In this document: one piece after another, positions 48,967-58,504 of the stretch
How the letters are laid out: each line of letters starts with the position of its first letter
How positions within the stretch are numbered: the first letter of the stretch is position 1
Virus record (IMG/VR): IMGVR_UViG_3300028833_000006
Coordinates: 32,001 to 96,000 of that record
DNA from: a virus
Taxonomy: Duplodnaviria > Caudoviricetes
Strand: one strand, 5' to 3'
DNA: 64,000 bases
The notes under the pieces: generated by a model
Database searches by the model: none
Told to the model about the DNA's origin: nothing
Seen by the model: the letters and a program-made list of their open reading frames with translations, nothing else
Program-made: the position numbers and the translations under genes

Positions 48967-49143
48967 TTGGATTTAGTACTCCTAGATTATTTGAAATATT
49001 TTTCATATTTCACTTTTTCCGCAAAACATATTTTTTGACATTAGTGTCATATTGTCTTGTTTTTGTTTACATAAAACATTATATCACAAAAAGGTAAAAG
49101 AAAAAAGAGATATTTTTATCTCTTCTCTCTTATGACACATATG

Positions 49144-49674
49144 TCATTTTACTATTCTTGTATGTACATACCACTTAGCTGGTTCTGTTTTATATTCATC
49201 TTCATCATTAAATCTTCCTGCACTATCTACGGGTTGATATTCTAATATATATTGTACTCCGTTATTACTATCACTTGGATTATTATATTGTTCTGCCTCA
49301 CCCGCTTTTACGCTTGCCCTTAATGCATCTGCTTCGCCCTTATCATATTTACCTAATGCCTTTGCTAAATCACTCAATGCACCTTTGAGTGTTGGCTTAT
49401 TACTATATCCGTCTATATCTACAAACTTATCCGTAATTATCGCTGTACCAAATACAAGTATATTGCTTGGTATATCCTCTTCTTTTCTCGTAGTACCCTT
49501 ACTATCATTAATGTCTTTGATATTTTTAGTACTTTGCTCTATCTGCTTTGCTTTTAAGTCTTCATTATTTTTGGCTACTTGTCTATTGTATGCGTCTTGG
49601 GTAGTTTCACCTTTATATATTGGCACATGTACCCCTTTTATTGTGACCCATTTTTCTATTTCTCGCTCTACCAT
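49144..49674 (-). CDS. WVTIKG-leader protein, unknown C-terminal domain
   Basis: Shared leader KWVTIKGVHVPIYKGE. Confidence 0.6.
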   Translation of the reverse strand: MVEREIEKWVTIKGVHVPIYKGETTQDAYNRQVAKNNEDLKAKQIEQSTKNIKDINDSKGTTRKEEDIPSNILVFGTAIITDKFVDIDGYSNKPTLKGALSDLAKALGKYDKGEADALRASVKAGEAEQYNNPSDSNNGVQYILEYQPVDSAGRFNDEDEYKTEPAKWYVHTRIVK

Positions 49675-49698
49675 AATTTAACCTTTCTGACACATATG

Positions 49699-50478
49699 TC
49701 ATTTTCTTTTATTTGGTACTAAATATTCTTGTTCTGCTGTTGTTTGATAACTTCCCCATGTATCTATAGGTCTTATTTTTATCTCTGTTATTTTATCGCC
49801 AAACTTTTCCGCTATTTTTCTATCTGGTGTATAAGCACTGAATATATCATTTGCTACTTGTTTTTGTCCGTATTCACCTCTATACATTGTTATTGGTGTT
49901 GTTAACCAATCTTTGAATGATAACGGTTTTTCTTTACTGCCCCGAATTTTTTGTATTTCAATATCGCCCAAGTAATTGTGATATGCTATATTAAGCCCTG
50001 CATTTAATGTACCTTTATTGGACAGTATATAGTCTACTAATTTTGGTTTGATATCACTATTCGCACTTCTAAACCAACCACTATGTGTTTGCTCTGGAAT
50101 ACTCTCTCTTATCTTGGATACTGCATCTTCTATTTTCATCTCATGCACATCCTTAAGTTCCTCTTCCGCTCTCTTATCTCGCCACAACTGCTTTACCATA
50201 TCCATATGGTGTGTTCTGCCATATTCTTTGAATTGTGGATTTGACATATTATCTTTTATGAATGCCTTAAAATCAGTATTATCTTTTACTGTTGGTATAT
50301 CTGATTTACCGTTTAACTTATCCGCTTGCTCTTTGGCTTTTGCGATTTGTTTTTCTTTGGTATCTTCATTCTTTTCTGCTATATATCTATTTACTGCTTT
50401 GTCTTTTGATTCACCGTCCATTATTGGTATATGTTGACCGTTTACAGTAATCCATTGTTTTACTTCTCTTTCTGCCAT
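49699..50478 (-). CDS. WITVNG-leader protein with ART-like C-terminal domain
   Basis: Shared leader; MYRG...FSAYT...EQEYLV. Confidence 0.55.
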   Translation of the reverse strand: MAEREVKQWITVNGQHIPIMDGESKDKAVNRYIAEKNEDTKEKQIAKAKEQADKLNGKSDIPTVKDNTDFKAFIKDNMSNPQFKEYGRTHHMDMVKQLWRDKRAEEELKDVHEMKIEDAVSKIRESIPEQTHSGWFRSANSDIKPKLVDYILSNKGTLNAGLNIAYHNYLGDIEIQKIRGSKEKPLSFKDWLTTPITMYRGEYGQKQVANDIFSAYTPDRKIAEKFGDKITEIKIRPIDTWGSYQTTAEQEYLVPNKRK

Positions 50479-50561
50479 TTATAATACTCCATAAATTCAG
50501 TATTTATCAGCGTTTCACGGATTTATGTCCGTGAGTGACAAACATATGACATGTATGTCAT

Positions 50562-51002
50562 TTATTTTGACTTGTCTTTCTTATTACGGAAATACCACTC
50601 TTTGCCCTCGTCCGAGTTAGCAAATGCCTTTGCCTCTTTCAATGTCGAAAATTTTTGTCTCTCCTTAAGCCATGCTTGGTTCTTTATACCTAACTCATAT
50701 CCGCTCTCTTTCCACGATGTGTTTGGTGAATTATGTGTGTATTTATCAATCTTAAATAATTCACTCTCATATCTTTTATTATTAATAGACGAATGAACCA
50801 ACTTAAATATCTGTGGTGCATACTCACTATTATTCATCCGATTTACTTGGTCGGCACGGTCTTTTATTTGCTGTTCTTTTATATCTTCATTGGCTTTAGC
50901 AACTGACCTATTATATGCGTCTTGTCTGCTCTCTCCCTCAAAGATTGGAACATGTTTTCCATTTACCGTTATCCAATCCTTTACCTCTCTTTGCTGTACC
51001 AT
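50562..51002 (-). CDS. WITVNG-leader protein, short C-terminal domain
   Basis: Shared leader KDWITVNGKHVPIFEGE. Confidence 0.6.
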   Translation of the reverse strand: MVQQREVKDWITVNGKHVPIFEGESRQDAYNRSVAKANEDIKEQQIKDRADQVNRMNNSEYAPQIFKLVHSSINNKRYESELFKIDKYTHNSPNTSWKESGYELGIKNQAWLKERQKFSTLKEAKAFANSDEGKEWYFRNKKDKSK

Positions 51003-51027
51003 AATATCCTCCTAATTGACACCTATG

Positions 51028-51168
51028 TCACTTTTTCTGTAATCTCTCATAATATGCCTTAACCTTTTTCATATCAGGTAAGTTCTCTGTCGGTCGTTTA
51101 TAGTTTTTTGGCATATCTATCATCGAATCTGGCTCTTTGTATGTTTTTGGTTTCTGCTCAATTATCAT
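51028..51168 (-). CDS. Small protein downstream of the metallopeptidase-like effector
   Basis: Start MIIEQK after a GGGGGT RBS. Confidence 0.4.
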   Translation of the reverse strand: MIIEQKPKTYKEPDSMIDMPKNYKRPTENLPDMKKVKAYYERLQKK

Positions 51169-51181
51169 ACTTTTACCCCCT

Positions 51182-52249
51182 TTATTTAGAATACAATCGC
51201 TCATAAAATTCTTTAACACCATTTGTATCAGTAGACGTTACATTACTATACAATTGATTTGTAAGTCTCATAACCTCTTGTGCCAATATATTTGCACTAG
51301 TACCATAGGCTTTATAATTTATATAGGATTCTGCAAACACCTCAGTATTAAAATCTTTTCCGTGTATATCCTCGGTATTGTAATGATTCGTAAACACATA
51401 GCCGCTCAATTGGTGAACTAATTGTCCCACTGTCGGTTTACTACTAAACCATCCGTACTTCTTCCAATTTTTCTGAACATTATTTATTGCCAAGGGAACT
51501 ATGATACCACTTATCATAGGATTACTTGCAGGATTAGTATTAAAATCAGCACAAGAATACAATTTACCGTCTAATTTAAAACACTTGACGCTTGTGTCAC
51601 AATCTGGTATATCTGATACAACCTCATCAACCTTTAACTTTCGCCCAAGTGCCCTACCATATGCCTCTGCCCACTTCTCATTACGCATTGTTGTGGGTTC
51701 TTTATACACTAACGGTGCGTGATTCATTAACACATTATACATCTGCATATCCACATTATGTGCTAATTCATGTGCTACAATGCTATCTGCAAAATCACCG
51801 TTTCCTGCCAAATACCCCTTGTCACAAAGACCTTCGATGTGCTCTTGCGTAAACTCATAATCATTAAATAAATCACTACGCAATTGCAACATACCTAGTC
51901 CATTCATAGCACCAAGCGTGCCACCCATTTTAGATTTATCTTCAATCTGTATATAATCTATCTCTTTAACCTCTGGATAATCATTATGTATATCTTGTGC
52001 TACCCTTGTAATATCATCAACAAATCTTTTATCCTTGATTGTACCAAGTATCTTAAAATTATCTTTATTTACCTTGGTCGGATTTAACTGTTCTGCTTGC
52101 TCTTTAGCCTTTGCTATGTCACGCTCTTTTTTGCTTTCATTCTGCATAGCAACACTACGATTAAATGCGTCTTGTACAGATTCACCGTCATATATCGGTA
52201 CGTGATTCCCGTTTATCGTTACCCAATTTTTTACTTCTCTATCAGCCAT
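51182..52249 (-). CDS. WVTING-leader protein with zincin metallopeptidase domain
   Basis: Shared leader; IVAHELAH (HExxH) and EVFAESY; start re-assigned to MADREVK. Confidence 0.65.
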   Translation of the reverse strand: MADREVKNWVTINGNHVPIYDGESVQDAFNRSVAMQNESKKERDIAKAKEQAEQLNPTKVNKDNFKILGTIKDKRFVDDITRVAQDIHNDYPEVKEIDYIQIEDKSKMGGTLGAMNGLGMLQLRSDLFNDYEFTQEHIEGLCDKGYLAGNGDFADSIVAHELAHNVDMQMYNVLMNHAPLVYKEPTTMRNEKWAEAYGRALGRKLKVDEVVSDIPDCDTSVKCFKLDGKLYSCADFNTNPASNPMISGIIVPLAINNVQKNWKKYGWFSSKPTVGQLVHQLSGYVFTNHYNTEDIHGKDFNTEVFAESYINYKAYGTSANILAQEVMRLTNQLYSNVTSTDTNGVKEFYERLYSK

Positions 52250-52293
52250 AATATATCTCCAATATGACAAGTCTGTCATATATTGATTATACC

Positions 52294-52325
52294 AAAAAAG
52301 CGATAATATTACTACTATCGCTTTT
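52294..52325. terminator. Intrinsic terminator hairpin
   Basis: AAAAAAGCGATA...TATCGCTTTT. Confidence 0.55.
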
Positions 52326-52355
52326 CCGTGTATGCCAGTGTATTTACAAAGAAGA

Positions 52356-52544
52356 TTATTTATAATCTTCTAATGTACCTGCTCCGTCAACTATTTCTTG
52401 TAAATCTTTATCAAGTACAAAATCATCATCCTCTTCTGCTATCAACTCGGCAGCCACCTCTTCACCAAAAACCTCTATGAGTTTCTTGTGACAGAAATCA
52501 ATTCTATTCTCCACATCCCTATCTAATGATACCGCTCTTGCCAT
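52356..52544 (-). CDS. Small acidic protein (possible partner of the JAB protein)
   Basis: AGGAGG RBS; acidic C-terminus. Confidence 0.5.
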   Translation of the reverse strand: MARAVSLDRDVENRIDFCHKKLIEVFGEEVAAELIAEEDDDFVLDKDLQEIVDGAGTLEDYK

Positions 52545-52569
52545 TTGTTATACCTCCTTTATATCACCA

Positions 52570-53265
52570 TTATTTTAAATTTTTACCTGCCTTGGTTGCA
52601 ACATACTTAAATCCAATTTTCTCAAGGTTTTTTGAATATGTTCTATCAAACATACCTACTGAATACTGTCTAGCATATGCATATGCTTGCTTGGGTGTCA
52701 TAGGCGGTCTATATGTAACCTTACCAGTTGAGCCATCCACCAACTTAACCATACCCTTATGTGGGCCAGACTTAAGTGGTGTTGTTGCCGCTTTAAGTGC
52801 TCTGTCATACGACTTATTAAAGTTTTTCTCAAGAATACTTTTCTTTGAATTTACCCACTTTGCTAATTTCTCTCTATCAGCATTCTCTGACGCAACTATA
52901 GAATACAACTGACCTTGTTTTGTAGTTGCTCTCAATTCTTTCCAATTTGACTGTGCAAATGTCTTTAAATCTGTAAGTGATAGTGTACCACCTAATGCAT
53001 TATTTGGATGTAAATGAGTAACACTTGCACCCTCGGTCTCTTTAGCATTTAAGATTTTAGGGTCAATGTTAACAGAATGCCTATCACCCTCATATGCTTG
53101 CATAAAATTACCGTCCTTATCAAATATAGCAAGTGTTTCTACACGACCTTGACCAAAGCCCTTTTCCTTGGTCTCATCTTTTGCTCTCAATTCCCACTCA
53201 TCTATCGTAGGTTTACCAGTCACAACCAAATGTTTAACATTTCCACCAACTACTATCCCACCCAT
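52570..53265 (-). CDS. JAB/MPN-like metallo-domain protein with MGG N-terminus
   Basis: VETLAIFD...THLHP...LSLTD (E...HxH...SxxD). Confidence 0.6.
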   Translation of the reverse strand: MGGIVVGGNVKHLVVTGKPTIDEWELRAKDETKEKGFGQGRVETLAIFDKDGNFMQAYEGDRHSVNIDPKILNAKETEGASVTHLHPNNALGGTLSLTDLKTFAQSNWKELRATTKQGQLYSIVASENADREKLAKWVNSKKSILEKNFNKSYDRALKAATTPLKSGPHKGMVKLVDGSTGKVTYRPPMTPKQAYAYARQYSVGMFDRTYSKNLEKIGFKYVATKAGKNLK

Positions 53266-53291
53266 AATTACCTCTCAATCTGACACTACTG

Positions 53292-54068
53292 TCACTTCTT
53301 TGCATTAACCTTTTTACTTATTTTTTCCTTAGATATTGTTGATTTATTATCCTTACTTATTGCTTGATTCTTTGCAACACCTAACATATAAGCATTTACA
53401 TGTATTCTTCCACCAGAATCTTGTCTGACAGAATTTGGGTCGTATCTGAATACTGAATTATTATTCACAAGTACTTCATTTTCGCCATTATTAGATGATA
53501 TGGGGTCAACGTATGCACAATATCCTTTACTCTTAGGAATTGCTAAATGTATAATGAGACCACTACTTGATACACCCATACCTCTATCACCTGCACAAAA
53601 AGATAAAGCACCATCATTTTGCAATACACCGCCACTAGCGTTTAAAAAATCCTTAACTTCATCAACTGTCATTTTTACACCCTTACGCTTACCAAACGGT
53701 CTAAAATCTGTCTCTCTTGTAACATTGATACCTTGCTTTAACTCAAACTTATTTATGGCATCATGCAAATTTTCAACTATTTGCCTATACTGATTAGACT
53801 CGGACAGATTTTCAAGTGGTGTGTTAAACATCATCTTATTTAACTCTCTATATAAACTGCCAGTATATCTCTCTACTGCATACAACTCATCGGAACTTAA
53901 TCCGCTATTATTCTCATCATTTATCCACACGTTCTGATTTGAGTTTCTTGAGTTAGAAAACCAATCCACTGCCTCATCATAACTCTCAAAATCCTTAAAA
54001 TCTCTAGATTGTGCCTTTAATTGTTGATAAGTTCCACCACTATTATTGGTTATACCATAACTACCCAT
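53292..54068 (-). CDS. ADP-ribosyltransferase (VIP2-like) with MGSYG N-terminus
   Basis: YTGSLYRELN, VTR, ALSF, AYVDPIS and ENEVLV. Confidence 0.75.
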   Translation of the reverse strand: MGSYGITNNSGGTYQQLKAQSRDFKDFESYDEAVDWFSNSRNSNQNVWINDENNSGLSSDELYAVERYTGSLYRELNKMMFNTPLENLSESNQYRQIVENLHDAINKFELKQGINVTRETDFRPFGKRKGVKMTVDEVKDFLNASGGVLQNDGALSFCAGDRGMGVSSSGLIIHLAIPKSKGYCAYVDPISSNNGENEVLVNNNSVFRYDPNSVRQDSGGRIHVNAYMLGVAKNQAISKDNKSTISKEKISKKVNAKK

Positions 54069-54084
54069 GAACAATCACCTAAAA

Positions 54085-54228
54085 TCACTTAAATTTTCCA
54101 GACTTATTTTCCCACTGTATCTTATTAACATCTACTGGAACTGCCTTGCCCATAGAACCCCACCTTGCTTGACTCTTTGCTTTAGGTGTTGTTTTCTTCT
54201 TTGCTGTAGTGGTTTTTGTATTTGCCAT
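54085..54228 (-). CDS. Small basic protein (47 aa)
   Basis: Below ORF-track cutoff; AAGGAG RBS; MANTKTTTAKKKTTPKAK... Confidence 0.45.
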   Translation of the reverse strand: MANTKTTTAKKKTTPKAKSQARWGSMGKAVPVDVNKIQWENKSGKFK

Positions 54229-54239
54229 AAAAATCTCCT

Positions 54240-54578
54240 TTATGTTAAACGCATATTCTCAATGTCAACCTTTTGAGATTCTTTAATCTTATTCCAAGTA
54301 GGATTATCTTTTGGTATCTCTTGCCCATTTACACTATACCATAAATCTCTTAGATATAATAATATCTGTATCTGCGAAAAGGACTTGAATAATTCTGTAT
54401 TGACCATCTTGTCCTTTTCCGCATCATAGGTTGCTTGCTTTATGATATATTGCGTTATAGGTCTATTTTGGTCTTTGGAATAAAACTGAGATGTTGAGTA
54501 AAGGATATTATATCCCCTACTATTCAATGCTCTTTGTAATCTATGTATATTAACACTATTACTTGCCATATATAACAC
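54240..54578 (-). CDS. Hypothetical protein
   Basis: RLQRALN...QFYSKDQNRPIT...LRDLWY. Confidence 0.6.
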   Translation of the reverse strand: MLYMASNSVNIHRLQRALNSRGYNILYSTSQFYSKDQNRPITQYIIKQATYDAEKDKMVNTELFKSFSQIQILLYLRDLWYSVNGQEIPKDNPTWNKIKESQKVDIENMRLT

Positions 54579-54729
54579 CTCACCTTTTATTATATGCTAT
54601 ATTTTAGGCTAAAACAACTTATTTTTACTCTGTCGCTTTCTCCATTTCTCAAAACATATTTTACCCATACCACGTTCTTTGGCTTCTTGATTTTTCAATC
54701 GCCTACCGCACACTATACACCTCGTATAC

Positions 54730-54918
54730 TCAATCTCTTTGCTCACCAATTAATCCCTTTTCTATACAATCCCAATAAGCATGTACTAACACATGTGTCA
54801 ATGCTTCGTCTACTGATATCCCTCTAGAACTGACATATCTGTCAACATATCCCTTGAATATAGGCTTGTTTTCATACTCGCTCTTCCAATCAATAATTGT
54901 CTCAATCATATCATACAC
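54730..54918 (-). CDS. Hypothetical protein
   Basis: FKGYVDRY motif. Confidence 0.45.
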   Translation of the reverse strand: MYDMIETIIDWKSEYENKPIFKGYVDRYVSSRGISVDEALTHVLVHAYWDCIEKGLIGEQRD

Positions 54919-54923
54919 CGTCC

Positions 54924-55883
54924 TTATCTAAATATATTGATTAACACATACTGTAGTGCTGTATCTTCTGCTATCGTATCTTGCTTTATTCCAACTTCTA
55001 CAGACCTAATTAATTTTAATGCATTCACTAATTCTGTCAATGAGTATGCACCTATCTTTTTTTGAGTTCGCTTAACCTCCCAATCTTCTAATCCCGTAGT
55101 CCCTGCAATATCCGTAGATTTACATGATTGTACTTGCAACATCATTTTAAAATTGTTATATAACAATGTGAGCACACCAACAATAGAATCAGACATTGCT
55201 TGACAATCGTCAAGTAATTCATATGCATATGAAATATTGCCAGTGACAACATTGTCAATAAAATCAAAAACAACATTCTGTGACTCTTGCCATATAACAC
55301 CACTATTCAACAAGTCCAATAATATACCCTCAATTGGTTTAGGCTCTTGCTTATCTCGTATATACTCTTCTCGATATGCTTTGATTTTGTCTATCTCTAA
55401 CAATATTCTATCATAACTATGGTCACAAGCATTTATTAATGCTCTACAATTCTTCTCGGACACTTCGCCCATCTCTCGTTGAATGTATGTCACTAACCAT
55501 TCATCAGATATCCTGTCAAAAGTGACAACTCTGTCAATATCATTGAAATACTTATAAAACTTACTACGCTTATCTAACTTATTACACCATAATATAAGTA
55601 TATTATCACCAACTATAGACGATATCTTATCCCAACTCTTCTCGGCATTCATAAAATCATTATCATCTATACACACATAACAATATGACATTGGTGTCAA
55701 AAATGACTTAGTTGTCTTAGAGTATATCATAGAAACACTGTCTATATACTTCACTTGCTTTTCAGTAAATTTACCAATCTGTTCAACATATATCTGCTGT
55801 ACTGTAATTTCATCACCCGTGAATACATAGACGTTATCTAGTTCTCTATCCATTATATGTTTTCTAAGAGTTACAACGTCCAT
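54924..55883 (-). CDS. holA: DNA polymerase III delta subunit-like
   Basis: NVYVFTGDE, KLDKRSKFYK and EIDKI; adjacent to dnaX/holB-like genes. Confidence 0.7.
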   Translation of the reverse strand: MDVVTLRKHIMDRELDNVYVFTGDEITVQQIYVEQIGKFTEKQVKYIDSVSMIYSKTTKSFLTPMSYCYVCIDDNDFMNAEKSWDKISSIVGDNILILWCNKLDKRSKFYKYFNDIDRVVTFDRISDEWLVTYIQREMGEVSEKNCRALINACDHSYDRILLEIDKIKAYREEYIRDKQEPKPIEGILLDLLNSGVIWQESQNVVFDFIDNVVTGNISYAYELLDDCQAMSDSIVGVLTLLYNNFKMMLQVQSCKSTDIAGTTGLEDWEVKRTQKKIGAYSLTELVNALKLIRSVEVGIKQDTIAEDTALQYVLINIFR

Positions 55884-56074
55884 TATTCCCACCTATATTC
55901 AACTCTGTGTTGTCCATGATATTCAACAACAACTCCCTATATCCACTCAATAACATATTTGCTTTACACCAATCTAAGTTTGGTATCCGCTCCATGTTCT
56001 CTTGCTTTATCTTTTCAGATACTTCATTAATATCTAATATGGTCAACATAGCATCTGTTGCTGTCATATACACC

Positions 56075-56932
56075 TCACATCCAATTCTGTCTAATATCCA
56101 AAAGCCACATATCAAACAAACTTGATTTATTCAAAGATGGCACTTGTAATTCCTGTAAATACTTACTAGTTATACTAACACCTAATGCATAATTCAAAGT
56201 ATTTTCATTGGTATCATTTTTCTTCACATCTGACTGTAATCTGACAAAACATTCACTCATAAATGCCTTTAAGAATAGTCGTAAATCATATTTATCACTC
56301 TCACCCTTAAATGCCAATTTATTACCAATCTTAAATGAATTAGCACCACTCACAACTGCGATATTATCAATCACCTTATCAATATATGTCTTAAATTCTA
56401 CAACACCTTGGGATAGCATTAAATCAATATCGCCAGGAGTCTCACATATACTTAACAAAATATTAATGACATTGGTGTCATTAATGTCTGGGTGTGCGTA
56501 CTCAACATATTCTCTCAACTCACTCTCCGTATAAATATCCATTGAATACACAAATCCACGACTAATCAATGTCGGTAATATCTGCTCCCTATTCTCTACT
56601 GTGAAAATCCAATATGCATTATTTGGCGGCTCTTCTGTCACCTTCAATAACGCATTCTGTGACGCTACTCTTAATGCTCCAGCATTTGGTATAAGGTATA
56701 CTGTTGGTCTTACAATATCATATGATTGCTGGATAATATCTTTAATATTCGCTGTTGTACCATCACTCACAATTAACTGTGCATCTAATTTTTCTGCTAC
56801 TCTTTCAGAAATAGTTTGTCTACCACTTCCTTTTGCACCAACTAAAATAATAAATCTCGGCAATGTGTTTTGTGATATATCAGCATACAATTTCTGCTGT
56901 ATATCCTTTTGCCCTATAACTACTCTCATCAC
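56075..56932 (-). CDS. holB: DNA polymerase III delta-prime subunit-like
   Basis: VIGQ, GAKGSGR degenerate Walker A, QNALLKVTEEPP and LPTLISR. Confidence 0.75.
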   Translation of the reverse strand: MMRVVIGQKDIQQKLYADISQNTLPRFIILVGAKGSGRQTISERVAEKLDAQLIVSDGTTANIKDIIQQSYDIVRPTVYLIPNAGALRVASQNALLKVTEEPPNNAYWIFTVENREQILPTLISRGFVYSMDIYTESELREYVEYAHPDINDTNVINILLSICETPGDIDLMLSQGVVEFKTYIDKVIDNIAVVSGANSFKIGNKLAFKGESDKYDLRLFLKAFMSECFVRLQSDVKKNDTNENTLNYALGVSITSKYLQELQVPSLNKSSLFDMWLLDIRQNWM

Positions 56933-57963
56933 TCACTCCTATTCATGAACAATAACAATTCTGCCTCCAATACAGACCTAGGATTGGTCTCCCAACGCAT
57001 ACCCCCATTCACCTTAACTATCACATCTAATAGTTTATAAAATGTCTGATAATCCTTATCTGTATAGTTATCTAAATCCGTTTTATGAGTGTTTGGTATT
57101 TTTATATATTTAAAGTTTTTATATAGACTATACTTACATACATCTAACAGCATATCAGTAAAATTCTTAATAAACTGTTTCATATCAGCACCATTCTGAT
57201 ATACCGTATCTATGCACTCTAACGCTTTTATGACATCTCTGTCATTTATTGCGTTAAGCATAGTAAACATGGTGTCATAATCGGCTATACCAAGTGCTTT
57301 TAGAACATTATCAATCGTAAGTTGCTCCGAATAACCAAGACACTTCTCAAGTAAAGTAATTGCATCACGCATACCGCCATCTGCCAAACGACTGACATAA
57401 TCAATAGCATCAATATTACTCTCATCAACCACAATACCCTCATTTGCAAGAATATACTGTAATCTATGCATAATACCTTGCTGTGATATTCTCTTCAAAT
57501 CGTACCTCTGGACTCTTGAAAGAATAGTCTTCGGTATCTTCTCTGGATTAGTAGTACACAAGATGAATATAGCCTTAAGCGGTGGCTCTTCAAGTGTTTT
57601 CAACAATGCCTGAAATGCTTGTGAACTCAACGAGTGGACTTCATCTATTAGAAATATCTTATACTCACTATCAATAGATTGTGTCTTTGCTTGATTTATT
57701 ATCTCTCTGATATTTTCAACACTACTATTACTAGCGGCATCAAGTTCTATAATATTCCCTCGGTGATTATTTATCTCAGCACCGAATAGGCGGCCCATTG
57801 TTGTTTTCCCAGTGCCCTGAGAACCTGTCAATAAATATGCTGGCTTATAATTCTTAGACTTCAATTGATTTGAAAGTATCGTTTTTATCTCATCTTGCTC
57901 CACCACCTCACTCATAGATTGTGGTCTATATTTTGTTGCCAAACTCCTTGTATTATTAATCAT
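56929..57963 (-). CDS. dnaX: DNA polymerase III gamma/tau subunit
   Basis: LATKYRPQ, GSQGTGKT, ELDAASN, IDEVH, LLKTLEEPP and GGMRDA. Confidence 0.92.
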   Translation of the reverse strand: MINNTRSLATKYRPQSMSEVVEQDEIKTILSNQLKSKNYKPAYLLTGSQGTGKTTMGRLFGAEINNHRGNIIELDAASNSSVENIREIINQAKTQSIDSEYKIFLIDEVHSLSSQAFQALLKTLEEPPLKAIFILCTTNPEKIPKTILSRVQRYDLKRISQQGIMHRLQYILANEGIVVDESNIDAIDYVSRLADGGMRDAITLLEKCLGYSEQLTIDNVLKALGIADYDTMFTMLNAINDRDVIKALECIDTVYQNGADMKQFIKNFTDMLLDVCKYSLYKNFKYIKIPNTHKTDLDNYTDKDYQTFYKLLDVIVKVNGGMRWETNPRSVLEAELLLFMNRSE

Positions 57964-58280
57964 TTATTTTCTCCCATGTAATCTATTTCTGACTGTATAT
58001 CCTTTATTTTATCCTGTAGTGATTTTATCCTTTTCTGTCGTTTATATACTTCCAACTCTTTTGTATAATCCTTATTTATAAGTTCTTCAACGGTTATCCC
58101 TAAATACTGAGTAATCGTGTATATCACATTAAATGTGTATCTATGTTTTCTGCTAAAATATCCTTGTGATACATCCGCTAAAGATTCAAATATACCTAAT
58201 GGAATACCACGTATCTTTGATATTGCTTTTAAATTCTTATAGATTATCTCTGAATAATCTTGTGCTAACTGCTTTCTCAT
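57960..58280 (-). CDS. XRE-like HTH protein
   Basis: ESLADVSQGYFSR...YLGITVEELI. Confidence 0.6.
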   Translation of the reverse strand: MRKQLAQDYSEIIYKNLKAISKIRGIPLGIFESLADVSQGYFSRKHRYTFNVIYTITQYLGITVEELINKDYTKELEVYKRQKRIKSLQDKIKDIQSEIDYMGENK

Positions 58281-58285
58281 CTGTA

Positions 58286-58504
58286 TTATCCACCGTAATG
58301 CTCTTCATCAACATTCTCTCTTATCACTGCCTTACCTTGTTTTAATCTAACTGACAACTCTGTCAGTAATGCAATATCATATTTCAATCTATCTGGATTT
58401 TCTAAGAATTGCTTGGTTAGATTAAAATCAGCATTATCCAATGATTTTTCTATGGCTAATGCTGTTTCTATCATTCGTATATATTTATTTGTTACATCCA
58501 TCAT
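58286..58504 (-). CDS. Hypothetical protein
   Basis: ORF track. Confidence 0.45.
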   Translation of the reverse strand: MMDVTNKYIRMIETALAIEKSLDNADFNLTKQFLENPDRLKYDIALLTELSVRLKQGKAVIRENVDEEHYGG

